Below, piece by piece: positions 19,063 to 28,904 of a stretch of DNA of 64,000 nt. Within the stretch, counting starts at the first letter, position 1, and each line of letters begins with the position of its first letter. A program made the position numbers and the translations under genes. Below the pieces are notes generated by a model. It saw only the letters and a program-made list of their open reading frames with translations, was not told the origin of the DNA and did not search any database. This DNA is from Candidatus Bipolaricaulota bacterium (GTDB lineage Bacteria > Bipolaricaulota > Bipolaricaulia > RBG-16-55-9), in contig JALSGO010000083.1 of NCBI GenBank assembly GCA_026982655.1, forward strand, positions 30 to 64,029, read 5' to 3'.

Positions 19063-19620
19063 TCAGTACTTGTACCCCTTCGCTTCCTCCTCGCTGAACT
19101 CGACGCCCAATCCCAAGGCCACGCGGTTTACGAAGTTGAAGTAGCTCACGATCAAGTTGGCTTGCAGGATCTCCTCGTCGGAGAAGCCGGCTTCCCTGAG
19201 GGTCTGAACGTCCTGCTCCGTCACGGACGAGGGCGATCGGGTGAGTTGGGCCGCGTACTCGACGATCGCCCGATCCTTCGGGGAGAGCTCGACTTGGCGG
19301 TAATCTTCAAGGAGCTTCTGCAGGCGCTCCTCGTCCTTCCAGTAGAAGTTGAGGGCTTCGGCGTGGTGGCGGGTGCAGTAGGCGCAGTCGTTGAGCACGG
19401 AGACGACCGTCGCGATCAGCTCCCGCTGCTCGCGGCGCAGCCCGCCGGGGCGGAACATGAGGGCTACGTAGAGCTCGAGGTGCTGCTGCATCGTCTCGGG
19501 CAGGAGGCTCTGCACCTTGAGGATGTTGGCCACCTTGCCCCGGGCTTCTCGAATTGCCTCGTAGATCCGGGCCAGATCCCCTTGGGCCTCGGGTTCGTCG
19601 ACGACGCGGATCCAGGGCAT
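19063..19620 (-). CDS. Carboxymuconolactone decarboxylase/AhpD-like peroxidase-related protein
   Basis: CAYCTRHH motif; start at Met of MPWIRVV (the longer ORF extension is low-complexity). Confidence 0.65.
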   Translation of the reverse strand: MPWIRVVDEPEAQGDLARIYEAIREARGKVANILKVQSLLPETMQQHLELYVALMFRPGGLRREQRELIATVVSVLNDCAYCTRHHAEALNFYWKDEERLQKLLEDYRQVELSPKDRAIVEYAAQLTRSPSSVTEQDVQTLREAGFSDEEILQANLIVSYFNFVNRVALGLGVEFSEEEAKGYKY

Positions 19621-19726
19621 CGTATGCACCCCTTCGATGGTACGCCGAGCGGGCAGCACGGGCAAGCGAGCGGCATGGGGAACGAACTTGTCTTTTCGCG
19701 AGCCAGCCGTTAAAGTTTCGCAGGAG

Positions 19727-20518
19727 GGTGCGATGAGTACGAAGATCTTGTGGATCGTAGCGGCGGCGTTGGCAGTGCTGCTGGGCTTCCTCTGGATCTC
19801 CGGGGGCCGAGGCGGGGTGCAGTCGGCCGAGGAACCCGAGGGGGGGGAGGAGTACCCTCTCGCGGTCGCGGAGCTTGTGAACACGGAAGGGATGTTCGTG
19901 GGGATCGCGATCCTCACCGAGCTTCCCGAGGGCGTGCGGGTTCAGCTCAAGGCCGAGAGGCTCCCGCCGGGGGAGCACGCCCTCCACATCCACGAGACGG
20001 GGCGGTGCGAGCCGCCGGATTTCCGCAGCGCCGGGGGTCACTTCAACCCCTTCGGGAAGCGCCATGGGCTCAACAACCCCGAGGGGCCGCACGCAGGGGA
20101 CCTTCCCAACGTGACCGTGGACGAGGACGGCTCCCTGGATGTAGACCTCGTCGCGGAGGGGGTGACGCTCCGGCCCGGGGCGCAGAACTCGCTCTTCGAC
20201 GGGGACGGCTCGGCCTTGGTGATCCACGCCGGGCCCGACGATCTCAGGAGCGACCCGGCAGGGAACGCGGGGCCGCGGATCGCCTGCGGTGTGATCCAAC
20301 AACCGGAGTCCGGAAGCCACATAGACCTGTCTTCCCGCATGTCCTCCGGTAGAGGACAAGAAAGGAACACCGATGGGTGGAGCAGTAGCAGCAGTGCTCG
20401 GGCGTCGCAGGCACCTGCGGCTGGGGGCGTGGGTGTTCGCCCTCTTGGTCGGGTTGGTTTCTTCCTCGGTCGCGCAGATCTCCCCTCAGTCCCCGTCTTC
20501 GCTCAACATTTCTCTTAA
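19727..20518 (+). CDS. sodC: Cu/Zn superoxide dismutase (SodC) with signal peptide; ORF reads ~85 aa past the expected C-terminus into the next gene
   Basis: HIHETGRC...GGHFNP...HAGDLPN...ALVIHAGPDD...RIACGVI, all canonical Cu/Zn-SOD ligand motifs. Confidence 0.8.
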   Translation, partial: GAMSTKILWIVAAALAVLLGFLWISGGRGGVQSAEEPEGGEEYPLAVAELVNTEGMFVGIAILTELPEGVRVQLKAERLPPGEHALHIHETGRCEPPDFRSAGGHFNPFGKRHGLNNPEGPHAGDLPNVTVDEDGSLDVDLVAEGVTLRPGAQNSLFDGDGSALVIHAGPDDLRSDPAGNAGPRIACGVIQQPESGSHIDLSSRMSSGRGQERNTDGWSSSSSARASQAPAAGGVGVRPLGRVGFFLGRADLPSVPVFAQHFS

Positions 20519-21269
20519 CATCCCCTACTTTGCAGGCAAGGACTCCGATCCTCGAAGAAACGCGTTGGACATCTACGCGCAAGCGGGGGCGGAGGCGGCC
20601 CCGGTGCTCCTCTTCGTCCACGGCGGGGGGTGGACGAGCGGCGACAAGGGCACCTATGGCTACCTGGGGCGCTCCTTCGCCTCCCAGGGGTACGTGACCG
20701 TGATCCCCAACTACCGCCTGAGCCCCGAGGTGCAGCACCCGGTGCACGTCCGGGACGTCGCCCGCGCCGTGGCCTGGACCTACAACCGCATCGCCGACTA
20801 CGGCGGAGACCCCGAACGGATCGTCCTCATGGGCCACTCGGCCGGGGGGCATCTCGTCGCGCTGCTGGCCCTCGACGACCGCTACCTCCGCGAGCAGGGG
20901 CTCTCCCCCCGGATCCTCGACGGCGTGATCCCCATCAGCGGCGTCTACGACTTGACCGTGATCCCTGCCTTCACGGAGGTCTTTGGAAACAGCTTGGATC
21001 GCCGTCGTGACGCCTCCCCCCTCTACCACGCCCGGGAAGGGCGCCTCCCGTCCCTCCCCTGGCGAATCCTCTACGCCGAGGAGGACCTGCCCACCCTAGG
21101 GGAGCAAGCGGAAGACTTCTACCAAGCGCTCCGCTCCCGGGGGGCGAGAGCGGAGCTCTTCCGGATCCCAGGCCGGGACCATGAGACGATTATCTCGTTC
21201 CTCGGGCGCAATGCGGACCCGGCTACGCGGCTCGTCCTGGCGTTCCTGAAGGAGCAGATCGGTCCCTGA
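20373..21269 (+). CDS. Alpha/beta hydrolase fold-3 esterase/lipase (paralog of 9563-10510, ~400 nt identical)
   Basis: Signal peptide; HGGGW, GHSAGG; RBS GAAAGGAACACC before ATG. Confidence 0.75.
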   Translation: MGGAVAAVLGRRRHLRLGAWVFALLVGLVSSSVAQISPQSPSSLNISLNIPYFAGKDSDPRRNALDIYAQAGAEAAPVLLFVHGGGWTSGDKGTYGYLGRSFASQGYVTVIPNYRLSPEVQHPVHVRDVARAVAWTYNRIADYGGDPERIVLMGHSAGGHLVALLALDDRYLREQGLSPRILDGVIPISGVYDLTVIPAFTEVFGNSLDRRRDASPLYHAREGRLPSLPWRILYAEEDLPTLGEQAEDFYQALRSRGARAELFRIPGRDHETIISFLGRNADPATRLVLAFLKEQIGP

Positions 21270-21282
21270 CCTGCGCGGAGGG

Positions 21283-21302
21283 GAACCCCCTACGAGGGGT
21301 TC
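21283..21302 (+). terminator. GC-rich hairpin (GAACCCC-loop-GGGGTTC) just after the esterase stop; possible intrinsic terminator without a U-tract
   Basis: 7-bp perfect stem with 6-nt loop located 14 nt downstream of the stop at 21269. Confidence 0.25.
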
Positions 21303-21390
21303 GCGACGTCTCCGCAGTCCGATCCGGAAGGCGAGATACGGCTTCGCTTGACAACTCCACGCCTCGCCGGTATCCTTGGTGGCGCCCGTA

Positions 21391-21417
21391 TTAGCAGTCC
21401 TCCAAGGAGAGTGCTAA
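21391..21417 (+). promoter_or_regulatory. CIRCE (HrcA operator) inverted repeat: TTAGCAGTC-N9-GAGTGCTAA
   Basis: Near-perfect match to the CIRCE consensus TTAGCACTC-N9-GAGTGCTAA, 3 nt upstream of the hrcA GTG start. Confidence 0.9.
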
Positions 21418-21420
21418 CCC

Positions 21421-22473
21421 GTGGACGACCGGAAGCGCCTAGTGCTCAAAGCCATCGTCGATCACTACATCAAGACCGGACAACCCTTAAGCAGCCAGAC
21501 GCTGCTTAAGGAGTACGGCCTCGACGTCAGTTCCGCCACGATCCGCAACGACATGAAGGCGCTGGAGCGCGAGGGGCTGATCACCAAGGAGTACAGCTCC
21601 GCGGGGCGCGTCCCCACGGAGAAGGGGTTCCGCTTCTTCGTAGATTGGTTGGTAGAGCTCAGCGAGCTGACCCGTCCCGAGGAGCACGCGCTCATGGAGA
21701 GCTATCGCCTCCAGCGCCAGCCCTTGGAAGAACTCCTCAAACAGACGGCGCTCCTTCTGGCGGGTCTCAGCGGCTACGCCGGGTTCGTCCTCTCCCCCCG
21801 GCTGGAGGAGACCCGCCTCGAGTCCATCACGTGGGTGAAGCTCGACGAGGAGAGCGCTCTGGTCGTCATCTTATCGGAGCTGGGGATCGTGGAGCATCGA
21901 ATCCTGCCCACGTCCCTCTCCCAGGAGGAGCTCGAAGAAATTGGAAGATGGCTGAGCGAGCGGCTCCGAGGGCGCACCCTCAGCGAGGTGCGTGAAGAAG
22001 CCCAACGGTACGTGACGGAGGCGGGCGAGGGCTGGCACGACCCCCGCACCCAGAGCGCCTTCCAACTGCTGCGGAGCGCCCTCGAGCGGCGCTTGGAGCG
22101 GAGACTGTACACCGAGGGGCTCTTCAACCTCCTCCAGAAGCTCCTAGAGGAGGAGGTAGGACTCGCGGAAGTGCGGGACATCGTGCGGCTCCTCAGCGAG
22201 TCCGCCCGCTTCGGGGAGTATTTGGAATCCCAGATCGAGGACTCGAAGCTGCAGGTGCGCATCGGCTCCGAGAACTCTTTGCGGGAACTGCGACCGTGCA
22301 GCTTGGTCCTGATGGGCTACGGCTACTCCGGCGTGCTGGGGGTGCTCGGCCCCGTGCGCATGGACTACTCCAAGGCCTGCTCCATCACCCAGTACATCGG
22401 GAACCGCCTGGAGGCGATCCTCACGCTCAGCCGCCGCGCGCCCATGGAGGCCCCGGAGGTGAACCCGTCGTGA
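21421..22473 (+). CDS. hrcA: Heat-inducible transcription repressor HrcA
   Basis: N-terminal winged-helix (RKRLVLKAIVDHYIKTGQPLSSQ), full-length 350 aa, precedes grpE-dnaK-dnaJ. Confidence 0.9.
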   Translation: MDDRKRLVLKAIVDHYIKTGQPLSSQTLLKEYGLDVSSATIRNDMKALEREGLITKEYSSAGRVPTEKGFRFFVDWLVELSELTRPEEHALMESYRLQRQPLEELLKQTALLLAGLSGYAGFVLSPRLEETRLESITWVKLDEESALVVILSELGIVEHRILPTSLSQEELEEIGRWLSERLRGRTLSEVREEAQRYVTEAGEGWHDPRTQSAFQLLRSALERRLERRLYTEGLFNLLQKLLEEEVGLAEVRDIVRLLSESARFGEYLESQIEDSKLQVRIGSENSLRELRPCSLVLMGYGYSGVLGVLGPVRMDYSKACSITQYIGNRLEAILTLSRRAPMEAPEVNPS

Positions 22474-23150
22474 GCGACACCGAGAAGGATCAACGCGAAC
22501 GCGAACGCGAGGCCGAGCAGCAGAGGGAGGCTCAGGTCCAGCAGGCGCAAGGGCAGCCCGACGCGGAAGCGCTCCGGAAGGAGCTTCAAGGGCTAAGACA
22601 GCAGTTGGAGGAGCGCGACCGGCAGCTCCAGGAGCTTACGGAGCGCCTCCGGCGCCTGCAGGCAGACTTCGACAACTACAAGAAGCGCGTCGAGCGCGAG
22701 CGGGAGGAGTTCGCCCGCATCGTCGAGGATCGGTTTCTGCTCAAGATCCTCCCGATCTACGACAACCTGGAGCGGGCCTTTCGCTCGTACGACCACAACA
22801 ACGACAAGGACTCGTTCATCGAGGGCATGGAGCGGATCTTCGCCCAGTTCCGCGAGTTCTTGAAGGGCGAGGGGGTCCAGCCCATCGAGGCGTTAGGGAA
22901 ACCGTTCGACCCCTTGCTCCACGAGGCGCTCCTCAGCGTCGAGACCGAGAACGATCCGCCCAACGTGGTGCTCGAGGAGTTCGAGCGGGGGTATCTCAGA
23001 GCGGAGCGGGTGCTGCGCCCCAGCCGCGTCAAGGTGAGCCGCAGGCCCGCCAAAGCCCCGACGCAGGGGACCGACGAGGAAGGCTCCGGATCGGGCGAGA
23101 GCGAAGGCCGGAGCGGGAACGGGAACGGGCAGGCGAAAGAGGAGGGATAG
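22470..23150 (+). CDS. grpE: Nucleotide exchange factor GrpE
   Basis: Coiled-coil N-terminus, conserved ERLRRLQADFDNYKKR, C-terminal beta domain; GTG overlapping hrcA stop (GTGA). Confidence 0.85.
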   Translation: MSDTEKDQREREREAEQQREAQVQQAQGQPDAEALRKELQGLRQQLEERDRQLQELTERLRRLQADFDNYKKRVEREREEFARIVEDRFLLKILPIYDNLERAFRSYDHNNDKDSFIEGMERIFAQFREFLKGEGVQPIEALGKPFDPLLHEALLSVETENDPPNVVLEEFERGYLRAERVLRPSRVKVSRRPAKAPTQGTDEEGSGSGESEGRSGNGNGQAKEEG

Positions 23151-23153
23151 GAG

Positions 23154-25043
23154 ATGGCCAAGGAGAAAGTGGTGGGCATCGATTTGGGCACGACGATGTC
23201 GGCCATCGCCATCGTCGAGGGAGGCCGACCGGAGATCATCCCCAACGCCGAGGGCGAGCGAATCACGCCCTCCGTGGTGGCGTTCACCGAGGACGGCGAG
23301 CGCCTGGTGGGTCGGCTGGCGCTGCGCCAGGCGATCACGAACCCCGAGCGCACCGTCATGGAGATCAAGCGTAAGATGGGGACCTCCCATCGTGTGAAGA
23401 TCCAGACGAACGCCTGGACCAAGGAGTTCTCCCCGGAGGAGATCTCCGCAATGATCCTCCAGAAGCTCAAGAAGGACGCGGAGGAGCGCTTGGGGCACCC
23501 CGTCAAGAAGGCCGTGATCACCTGTCCGGCCTACTTCGACAACACCCAGCGCCAGGCGACCAAGGACGCCGGGAAGATCGCCGGTCTGGAGGTGCTGAGG
23601 ATCATCAACGAGCCGACCGCCGCCGCGCTCGCCTACGGGCTCGACAAAGAAAAAGACCAGACGATCCTGGTGTACGACCTGGGAGGGGGGACCTTCGACG
23701 TCTCGATCCTCGAGATCGGGGAGGGCGTCTTCGAGGTCGTGGCCACCGGCGGGGACAACCAGCTCGGCGGCAAGGACTTCGACGAGCGGATCATGGACTG
23801 GCTCATCGAGGAGTTCAAGGAGGAGACGGGCATCGACCTGCGGAACGACGCCGCCGCGATGCAGCGCCTCAAGGAAGCCGCCGAGAACGCCAAGAAGGAG
23901 CTCTCCTCCAAGAAGGAGACGGTCATCCACCTCCCCTACATCACCGCGGACGCCAGCGGCCCCAAGCACCTCGAGAAGAAGCTCACCCGCGCCAAGCTCG
24001 AGAGCTTGATCGGCGACCTCCTCGAGCGCACGATCGACCTGCTGCACCAGACGCTCAAGGAAGCGAAGATGACCGAAAAAGACATCGACCAGATCGTGCT
24101 GGTGGGCGGGTCCACCCGGATCCCCAAGGTGCAGCAGCTCATCGAGGAGGCGATCCCGGGCAAGATCAACAAGGAGATCAACCCCGACGAGGTGGTCGCC
24201 CTGGGCGCGGCGCTCCAGGGGGCCGTCCTCTCCGGGGAGATCGACGAGATCGTGCTCTTAGATGTAACCCCCTTGACGCTCTCCGTCGAGACCCTGGGCG
24301 GGATCGCCACCCCCATCATCGAGAAGAACACCACCATCCCCTGCGAGAAGACGCGGGTCTTCACCACCGCCGAGGACGGGCAGACCACGGTGGACATCCA
24401 CATCGTCCAGGGGGAGCGCAAGCTCGCCAAGGACAACAAGAGCCTAGGGAGGTTTCAGCTCACGGGCATCCCGCCCGCGCCGCGGGGCGTGCCCCAGATC
24501 GAGGTGAAGTTCGCCATCGACGCCGACGGCATCCTCAACGTCACGGCCAAGGACCTGGGGACGGGCAAGTCCGCGAGCATCGTCATCAAGGAGACCTCGC
24601 GCCTGAGCGAGGAGGAGATCGAGCGGATGCGCAAGGAGGCGGAGGAGCACGCGGAGGAGGACCGCCGCCGGGTCGAGGAGATCGAGACCCGCAACCAAGC
24701 CGACCAACTCGTGTACATGACCGAGAAGAGCCTGAGAGAGTACGGCGACAAGGTGAGCGCCGCCACCCGCCAGAGCATCGAGGAGAAGCTCAAGGAGCTG
24801 AAGGAGCTGATCGAGAAGGAAGCGCCCGTCGCCGATCTGCGAAGGGCGATGGAGGAGCTGCGCCAGGCCTCGTTCGAGCTGGGCCAGCAGATCTATCAGC
24901 AACAGCAGCAGGCGGCCACCGCCGCGGCGGGGTCGACGGAGGCGAGCCCCGACGGCTCGGATGCCCAAGCCGAGGAGGCTGCCACGAAGACCGGCGGGTA
25001 CGTGGAAGCCGAGTACGAGAAGGACGACGAGGAGAAGAAGTGA
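23154..25043 (+). CDS. dnaK: Molecular chaperone DnaK (Hsp70)
   Basis: [28 protein letters not shown] and all other Hsp70 signatures across 629 aa. Confidence 0.97.
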   Translation: MAKEKVVGIDLGTTMSAIAIVEGGRPEIIPNAEGERITPSVVAFTEDGERLVGRLALRQAITNPERTVMEIKRKMGTSHRVKIQTNAWTKEFSPEEISAMILQKLKKDAEERLGHPVKKAVITCPAYFDNTQRQATKDAGKIAGLEVLRIINEPTAAALAYGLDKEKDQTILVYDLGGGTFDVSILEIGEGVFEVVATGGDNQLGGKDFDERIMDWLIEEFKEETGIDLRNDAAAMQRLKEAAENAKKELSSKKETVIHLPYITADASGPKHLEKKLTRAKLESLIGDLLERTIDLLHQTLKEAKMTEKDIDQIVLVGGSTRIPKVQQLIEEAIPGKINKEINPDEVVALGAALQGAVLSGEIDEIVLLDVTPLTLSVETLGGIATPIIEKNTTIPCEKTRVFTTAEDGQTTVDIHIVQGERKLAKDNKSLGRFQLTGIPPAPRGVPQIEVKFAIDADGILNVTAKDLGTGKSASIVIKETSRLSEEEIERMRKEAEEHAEEDRRRVEEIETRNQADQLVYMTEKSLREYGDKVSAATRQSIEEKLKELKELIEKEAPVADLRRAMEELRQASFELGQQIYQQQQQAATAAAGSTEASPDGSDAQAEEAATKTGGYVEAEYEKDDEEKK

Positions 25044-25046
25044 GGG

Positions 25047-26156
25047 ATGGCGAAGAAGGACTACTACGAGATCCTCGGGGTCTCGCGCGACGCATCCCCA
25101 GAGGAGATCAAGCGGGCCTACCGCCGCTTGGCCAAGAAGTACCACCCCGACGTGGCCAAGGACGGCGGGAGCGCCGAGAAGTTCAAGGAGATCGCCGAGG
25201 CCTACGAGGTCTTGTCGGACCCGGAGAAGCGGGCCCAATACGATCGCTTCGGCCACGTGGGGCCGGAGCAGGGCTTCGACTTCGACGTGGGCGATTTCCG
25301 CCGGGCGCGCGAGACCTTCGAGGAGTTCTTCGGGTTCGGGAGCTGGGAGGACCTCTTCGACCTCTTCTTCGGGGAGGGCCCGAGCACCCGGACCCGGACC
25401 CGCAGACGCACCCGCGCCCGCCGCGGCGAGGACCTCGAGTACAAGCTGCGCCTGACCCTAGAGGACGCCGCGCAGGGGACGCGGGTGAAGGTGACGGTGC
25501 CCCGCTACGTGGCCTGCGACCGCTGCGGCGGGACGGGCCGTGAGCCCGGCACGGACGCCCGGATCTGCCCCACGTGCAACGGGGCCGGACAGGTCGAGTA
25601 CCGCCGCCGGACGATGCTGGGGAGCTTCGTCAACATCCAGACCTGCGGGCGCTGCGAGGGGACCGGCGAGATCATCGAGGAGCCCTGCACCCGCTGCGAC
25701 GGCAAGGGGAGGGTGTGGGAGCAGAGCCGCATCTCGATTAAAGTCCCGCCGGGGGTGGACACGGGCTCCCGCTTGAAGCTCACGGGCGAGGGGAACGCGG
25801 GACTCTACGGGGGCCCGCCGGGGGACCTCTACATCGTGGTAGAGCTTGCGCCCCACGACGTCTTCACCCGCCAGGGGGACGACCTCTACTGCGAGGTGCC
25901 CATCACCTTCCCGCAGGCCGCCTTGGGGGCCACCATCAAGGTCCCCACGCTCTTCGGGGAGGAGGAGCTGAAGATCCCGCCGGGGACGCAGTCGGGGGAG
26001 ACGTTCGTGCTCCGCGGCAAGGGGATTCCGCACCTTCGGGGCCGCGGACGCGGCGATCAGTACGTCACCGTCAAGGTCCAGACCCCCAAGCGGGTGACCC
26101 GCCGGGTGCGGAAACTCCTCGAGGAGCTGGATCAGGAGCTGCGGGAGCAGCAGTAG
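25047..26156 (+). CDS. dnaJ: Molecular chaperone DnaJ (Hsp40, type I)
   Basis: J-domain with HPD, G/F region, four CxxCxGxG zinc-finger repeats. Confidence 0.95.
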   Translation: MAKKDYYEILGVSRDASPEEIKRAYRRLAKKYHPDVAKDGGSAEKFKEIAEAYEVLSDPEKRAQYDRFGHVGPEQGFDFDVGDFRRARETFEEFFGFGSWEDLFDLFFGEGPSTRTRTRRRTRARRGEDLEYKLRLTLEDAAQGTRVKVTVPRYVACDRCGGTGREPGTDARICPTCNGAGQVEYRRRTMLGSFVNIQTCGRCEGTGEIIEEPCTRCDGKGRVWEQSRISIKVPPGVDTGSRLKLTGEGNAGLYGGPPGDLYIVVELAPHDVFTRQGDDLYCEVPITFPQAALGATIKVPTLFGEEELKIPPGTQSGETFVLRGKGIPHLRGRGRGDQYVTVKVQTPKRVTRRVRKLLEELDQELREQQ

Positions 26157-26228
26157 CGCTACAGGGCGTCGTTTGCATCCCATGTTGCAGATGTTGCAGG
26201 ACCTCTTCTGTGACGGCATACTCCGGGT

Positions 26229-26441
26229 ATGGACGTACGAGACCTGGCCGAAAGCGTGCTGCCCAGCGAGGTCTTCGCCATGGTCACCTTCGACCCGGAG
26301 ACCCAGGAGGTGGGCGTGCAGTACGGCTACGTACTGCTGAGCCTGCCCCGCGAGGACTTCGAAAGCTTCGTCGAGCTGCTCGTCCGGGCGGGAGAGCGGC
26401 TCGAGGGGGCGGAACCGGAAGGCCGAAGGAAGAAGGGATGA
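26229..26441 (+). CDS. Small hypothetical protein (70 aa) in the dnaK operon tail
   Basis: ORF with protein-like composition between dnaJ and the Rad52-like gene. Confidence 0.35.
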   Translation: MDVRDLAESVLPSEVFAMVTFDPETQEVGVQYGYVLLSLPREDFESFVELLVRAGERLEGAEPEGRRKKG

Positions 26442-26444
26442 ACG

Positions 26445-27191
26445 ATGGCCACCGCGAAGGAGAAGGGCGATCTGCTCTCCTCGGCTGCGCGGACGAAGGA
26501 ACCCCAAGAGCTAACGAAGGCGCCGAGCAGCCCCCTCACCCTCCGACAGATCGAGGAACTCAAGAAACCCCTCGACCCGAGCCGGGTGCTGCGCCGGGTG
26601 GGCTTCCGCGGCCAGCAGCTCGAGTATCTCCCCGTCCACGACGTCATCGAGACGGCCAACCGCATCTTCGGGTACGGGGGCTGGCAGCGGGAGATCCGGC
26701 GCCTCGAGAAGGTCTACGAGGACGAGACGGACGGCGTCTACAGCGTCGGGTACCTCTGCGAGTATCGAGTGCGGGTGGGGGACGTGGTCCACGAGGACGT
26801 GGGGTTTGGCTCCTCTTCGAATCAACCCGACCCGGCCCAGGCCCACGAGATGGCGGTAAAAGCCGCCGTCTCCGACGCGCTCAAGCGCTGCTTTCGGGCC
26901 TTCGGCGATCAGTTCGGGCTGAGCTTATATCGCAAGCACGAGATTGAGGAGGGCCCCGCAGGCGGGGTGCGCACCGCCACCGACGCCCAAGTGGGCAGGC
27001 TGCGCAAGTCGCTCCGGACCCACGGCCTCCAGGAGGGCGACCTCCTGGAGTACATCAACGCCAAGATGGGGACGGACTACGCCCGCCTCTCGGACCTGCC
27101 CCTCAAGGTCGCCAGCCGCGCGATCGAGCGCTTCACCAAGGAAGGGGAGGCCTTCGCCGCCGAGATCCGCGAGATCGCCCAGGCGAAATAA
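26445..27191 (+). CDS. Rad52/Rad22-family single-strand annealing protein (SSAP)
   Basis: Matches Rad52 N-terminal domain core: VIETANRIFGYGGWQREI, VHEDVGFG, KAAVSDALKRCFRAFGDQFG (cf. eukaryotic EAVTDGLKRALRSFGNALG). Confidence 0.7.
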   Translation: MATAKEKGDLLSSAARTKEPQELTKAPSSPLTLRQIEELKKPLDPSRVLRRVGFRGQQLEYLPVHDVIETANRIFGYGGWQREIRRLEKVYEDETDGVYSVGYLCEYRVRVGDVVHEDVGFGSSSNQPDPAQAHEMAVKAAVSDALKRCFRAFGDQFGLSLYRKHEIEEGPAGGVRTATDAQVGRLRKSLRTHGLQEGDLLEYINAKMGTDYARLSDLPLKVASRAIERFTKEGEAFAAEIREIAQAK

Positions 27192-28762
27192 CGAAGACGC
27201 ACCCCCGGATCGAGTGCAAGGAGCAAGAGAAGCGGCCAAAGCGCCGTAGCTGTCGCCCACGCTTCCCCGTCTACGGGGACATAGGCCCAGGGGAGCCGGG
27301 CGAAGAACTCCACCGCATATGTAAGCCCGGAGAGCCACAACCCTTCGAGCCTCCCCACGAGGGCGGCGACCGGAACCGGGACCGGGAAGAGGGCCAGCAC
27401 CAGGAGGAGCACCCCCAGCCAGAGGGCGACGGCCACCATGGGCACGACCACCCCGTTGGCCACCCAAGCCCCCACGTAGAGTCGCTGGAAGTGATAGGCG
27501 ATCACGGGGGCTACCGCCAGCTGCGCCGCCCCGGAGATCACCACCAGGTAGATGCCCTTCTCCAGGACCCAGAGCAGAAAGCGCTTCGGGAGGGGCAGGG
27601 GGCTTCGTGCCCCGCCTCCGCCCTCGCTCCCGCTCCCGCCCCGGAGCCTGCGGAACCGGCGCTGCAGGCGCGGGTGCGCCCACCCGAGCGCGAGCAGGAT
27701 GCCCGCAGTGGCAGCGAAGCTGAGCTGAAAGCTCACGTCGAAGAGCGCGGCGGGCGTCGTCCCCAAGATCACCAGGGCTGCGAGGCTCAACCCCTGGAGG
27801 GGATCGCTCCAGCGCCGCAGGATGAGGCCGCGCTCGGCCAGCACGGAGCCCAGGGCCACGAAGGCCAGCATCAGCGACGCCCGGACCAAGCTCACCTTGA
27901 AGCCCACCAGCGTCAGGTACAGCAGCGTCAGCGGCAGGAGTACCCCATAGGTGGCCGTAGCGGAGAGCCCCGCAGCCCGAAGGAGCCACCAGCCGAGTCC
28001 CAGCAGGATGCTGAGGTGCAGCCCCGAGACGGCGAGGACGTGCATCACCCCCGCGTCGCGAAAGCTCGCCTCCTGTTCGGGGGAGAGATGGGCCCGCTCC
28101 CCGAAGAGAAGCCCTTTGAGCAGTCCCCCTTCCTGCTCCGGGAGATGACGGTCGATGAGGTCGAAAAGCTCCCTTCGGGCTCGATCGCCCCACCGCAGCA
28201 GGGGGTGACCCCCTTCCCGCTCTAGGACCCGCAGCTGCCGCCCGCTCCAGAAGGTTCCCACGCCCCAGACGCCCCGCGTCTCGAGGTACGCGCGGTAGTC
28301 GAAGTCCTCGAACGTCCAGGGGACCTCGAAGTCGGCCTCCAGCTCGACGACGTCGCCGTACGCGACGGCCTTGGAGGCCCCCCGGGGGTGCCGATAGAAG
28401 ATCTGGAGCTGGCCGGGGAGGCCCTCGGGCCGGAGCCGGAAGCTCGTTCGGTCCGGGCGCTCCGTCGGGTAGCTCACGACCGTCCCGCGGACGCGGGCCA
28501 TCCCCTCCAAGAGGGGGTAGAGCCGCTCCACGGGGAGGCGGGTCTCGACGTACCCGAGCGCTCCTACGGCGGCCACGAGCCCGAGGAGCGCGCCGGACCA
28601 TCCCGGATGCCCCCGCAGGTAGAGGGCGGCCGTAAGCCCCAGGAGCCCGACCGCTGTGGCCCACAGAGCCACCGGCGGGACTACGGGCGAGAGCTCGCGG
28701 CCATAGGCGATCCCCAGCGCTCCGGCCAGCCCAAGGTACAGCAGAGGACACCGACGGGCCAT
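27077..28762 (-). CDS. comEC: DNA internalization competence protein ComEC/Rec2 (DUF4131 + competence domain, no C-terminal MBL domain)
   Basis: Polytopic membrane protein with ComEC signature AGVMHVLAVSGLHLSILLG...; start placed at Met of MARRCPLLYLG (the longer ORF extension is an artefact of reading through the (CAAG)n repeat). Confidence 0.75.
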   Translation of the reverse strand: MARRCPLLYLGLAGALGIAYGRELSPVVPPVALWATAVGLLGLTAALYLRGHPGWSGALLGLVAAVGALGYVETRLPVERLYPLLEGMARVRGTVVSYPTERPDRTSFRLRPEGLPGQLQIFYRHPRGASKAVAYGDVVELEADFEVPWTFEDFDYRAYLETRGVWGVGTFWSGRQLRVLEREGGHPLLRWGDRARRELFDLIDRHLPEQEGGLLKGLLFGERAHLSPEQEASFRDAGVMHVLAVSGLHLSILLGLGWWLLRAAGLSATATYGVLLPLTLLYLTLVGFKVSLVRASLMLAFVALGSVLAERGLILRRWSDPLQGLSLAALVILGTTPAALFDVSFQLSFAATAGILLALGWAHPRLQRRFRRLRGGSGSEGGGGARSPLPLPKRFLLWVLEKGIYLVVISGAAQLAVAPVIAYHFQRLYVGAWVANGVVVPMVAVALWLGVLLLVLALFPVPVPVAALVGRLEGLWLSGLTYAVEFFARLPWAYVPVDGEAWATATALWPLLLLLALDPGVRLRYFAWAISRISAAKASPSLVKRSIARLATLRGRSERRA

Positions 28763-28817
28763 CTCCCTTGGCCTCCCGGGGAGGACAACGTTATACTCGT
28801 TCGTGCCCTGTGCTACC

Positions 28818-28849
28818 TGTACCAGCTGTACTATGTACCATCTGTACCA
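28818..28849. repeat. Array of four TGTAC[C/T]A heptamer direct repeats (spacing 9/7/9) in the comEC-ABC transporter divergent intergenic region
   Basis: TGTACCAGC TGTACTA TGTACCATC TGTACCATCC read directly. Confidence 0.6.
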
Positions 28850-28904
28850 TCCCGGGCCCGGGCGAGCCAACGCCGGTTCGGTGCTTGCGCATACGGTGCA
28901 GGAA

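Noticed and set aside
26925-28751. 608-aa Pro/Arg/Gly-rich ORF on the minus strand overlapping comEC in another frame
   Set aside because: Low-complexity composition. The co-located frame encodes a recognisable ComEC polytopic membrane protein.
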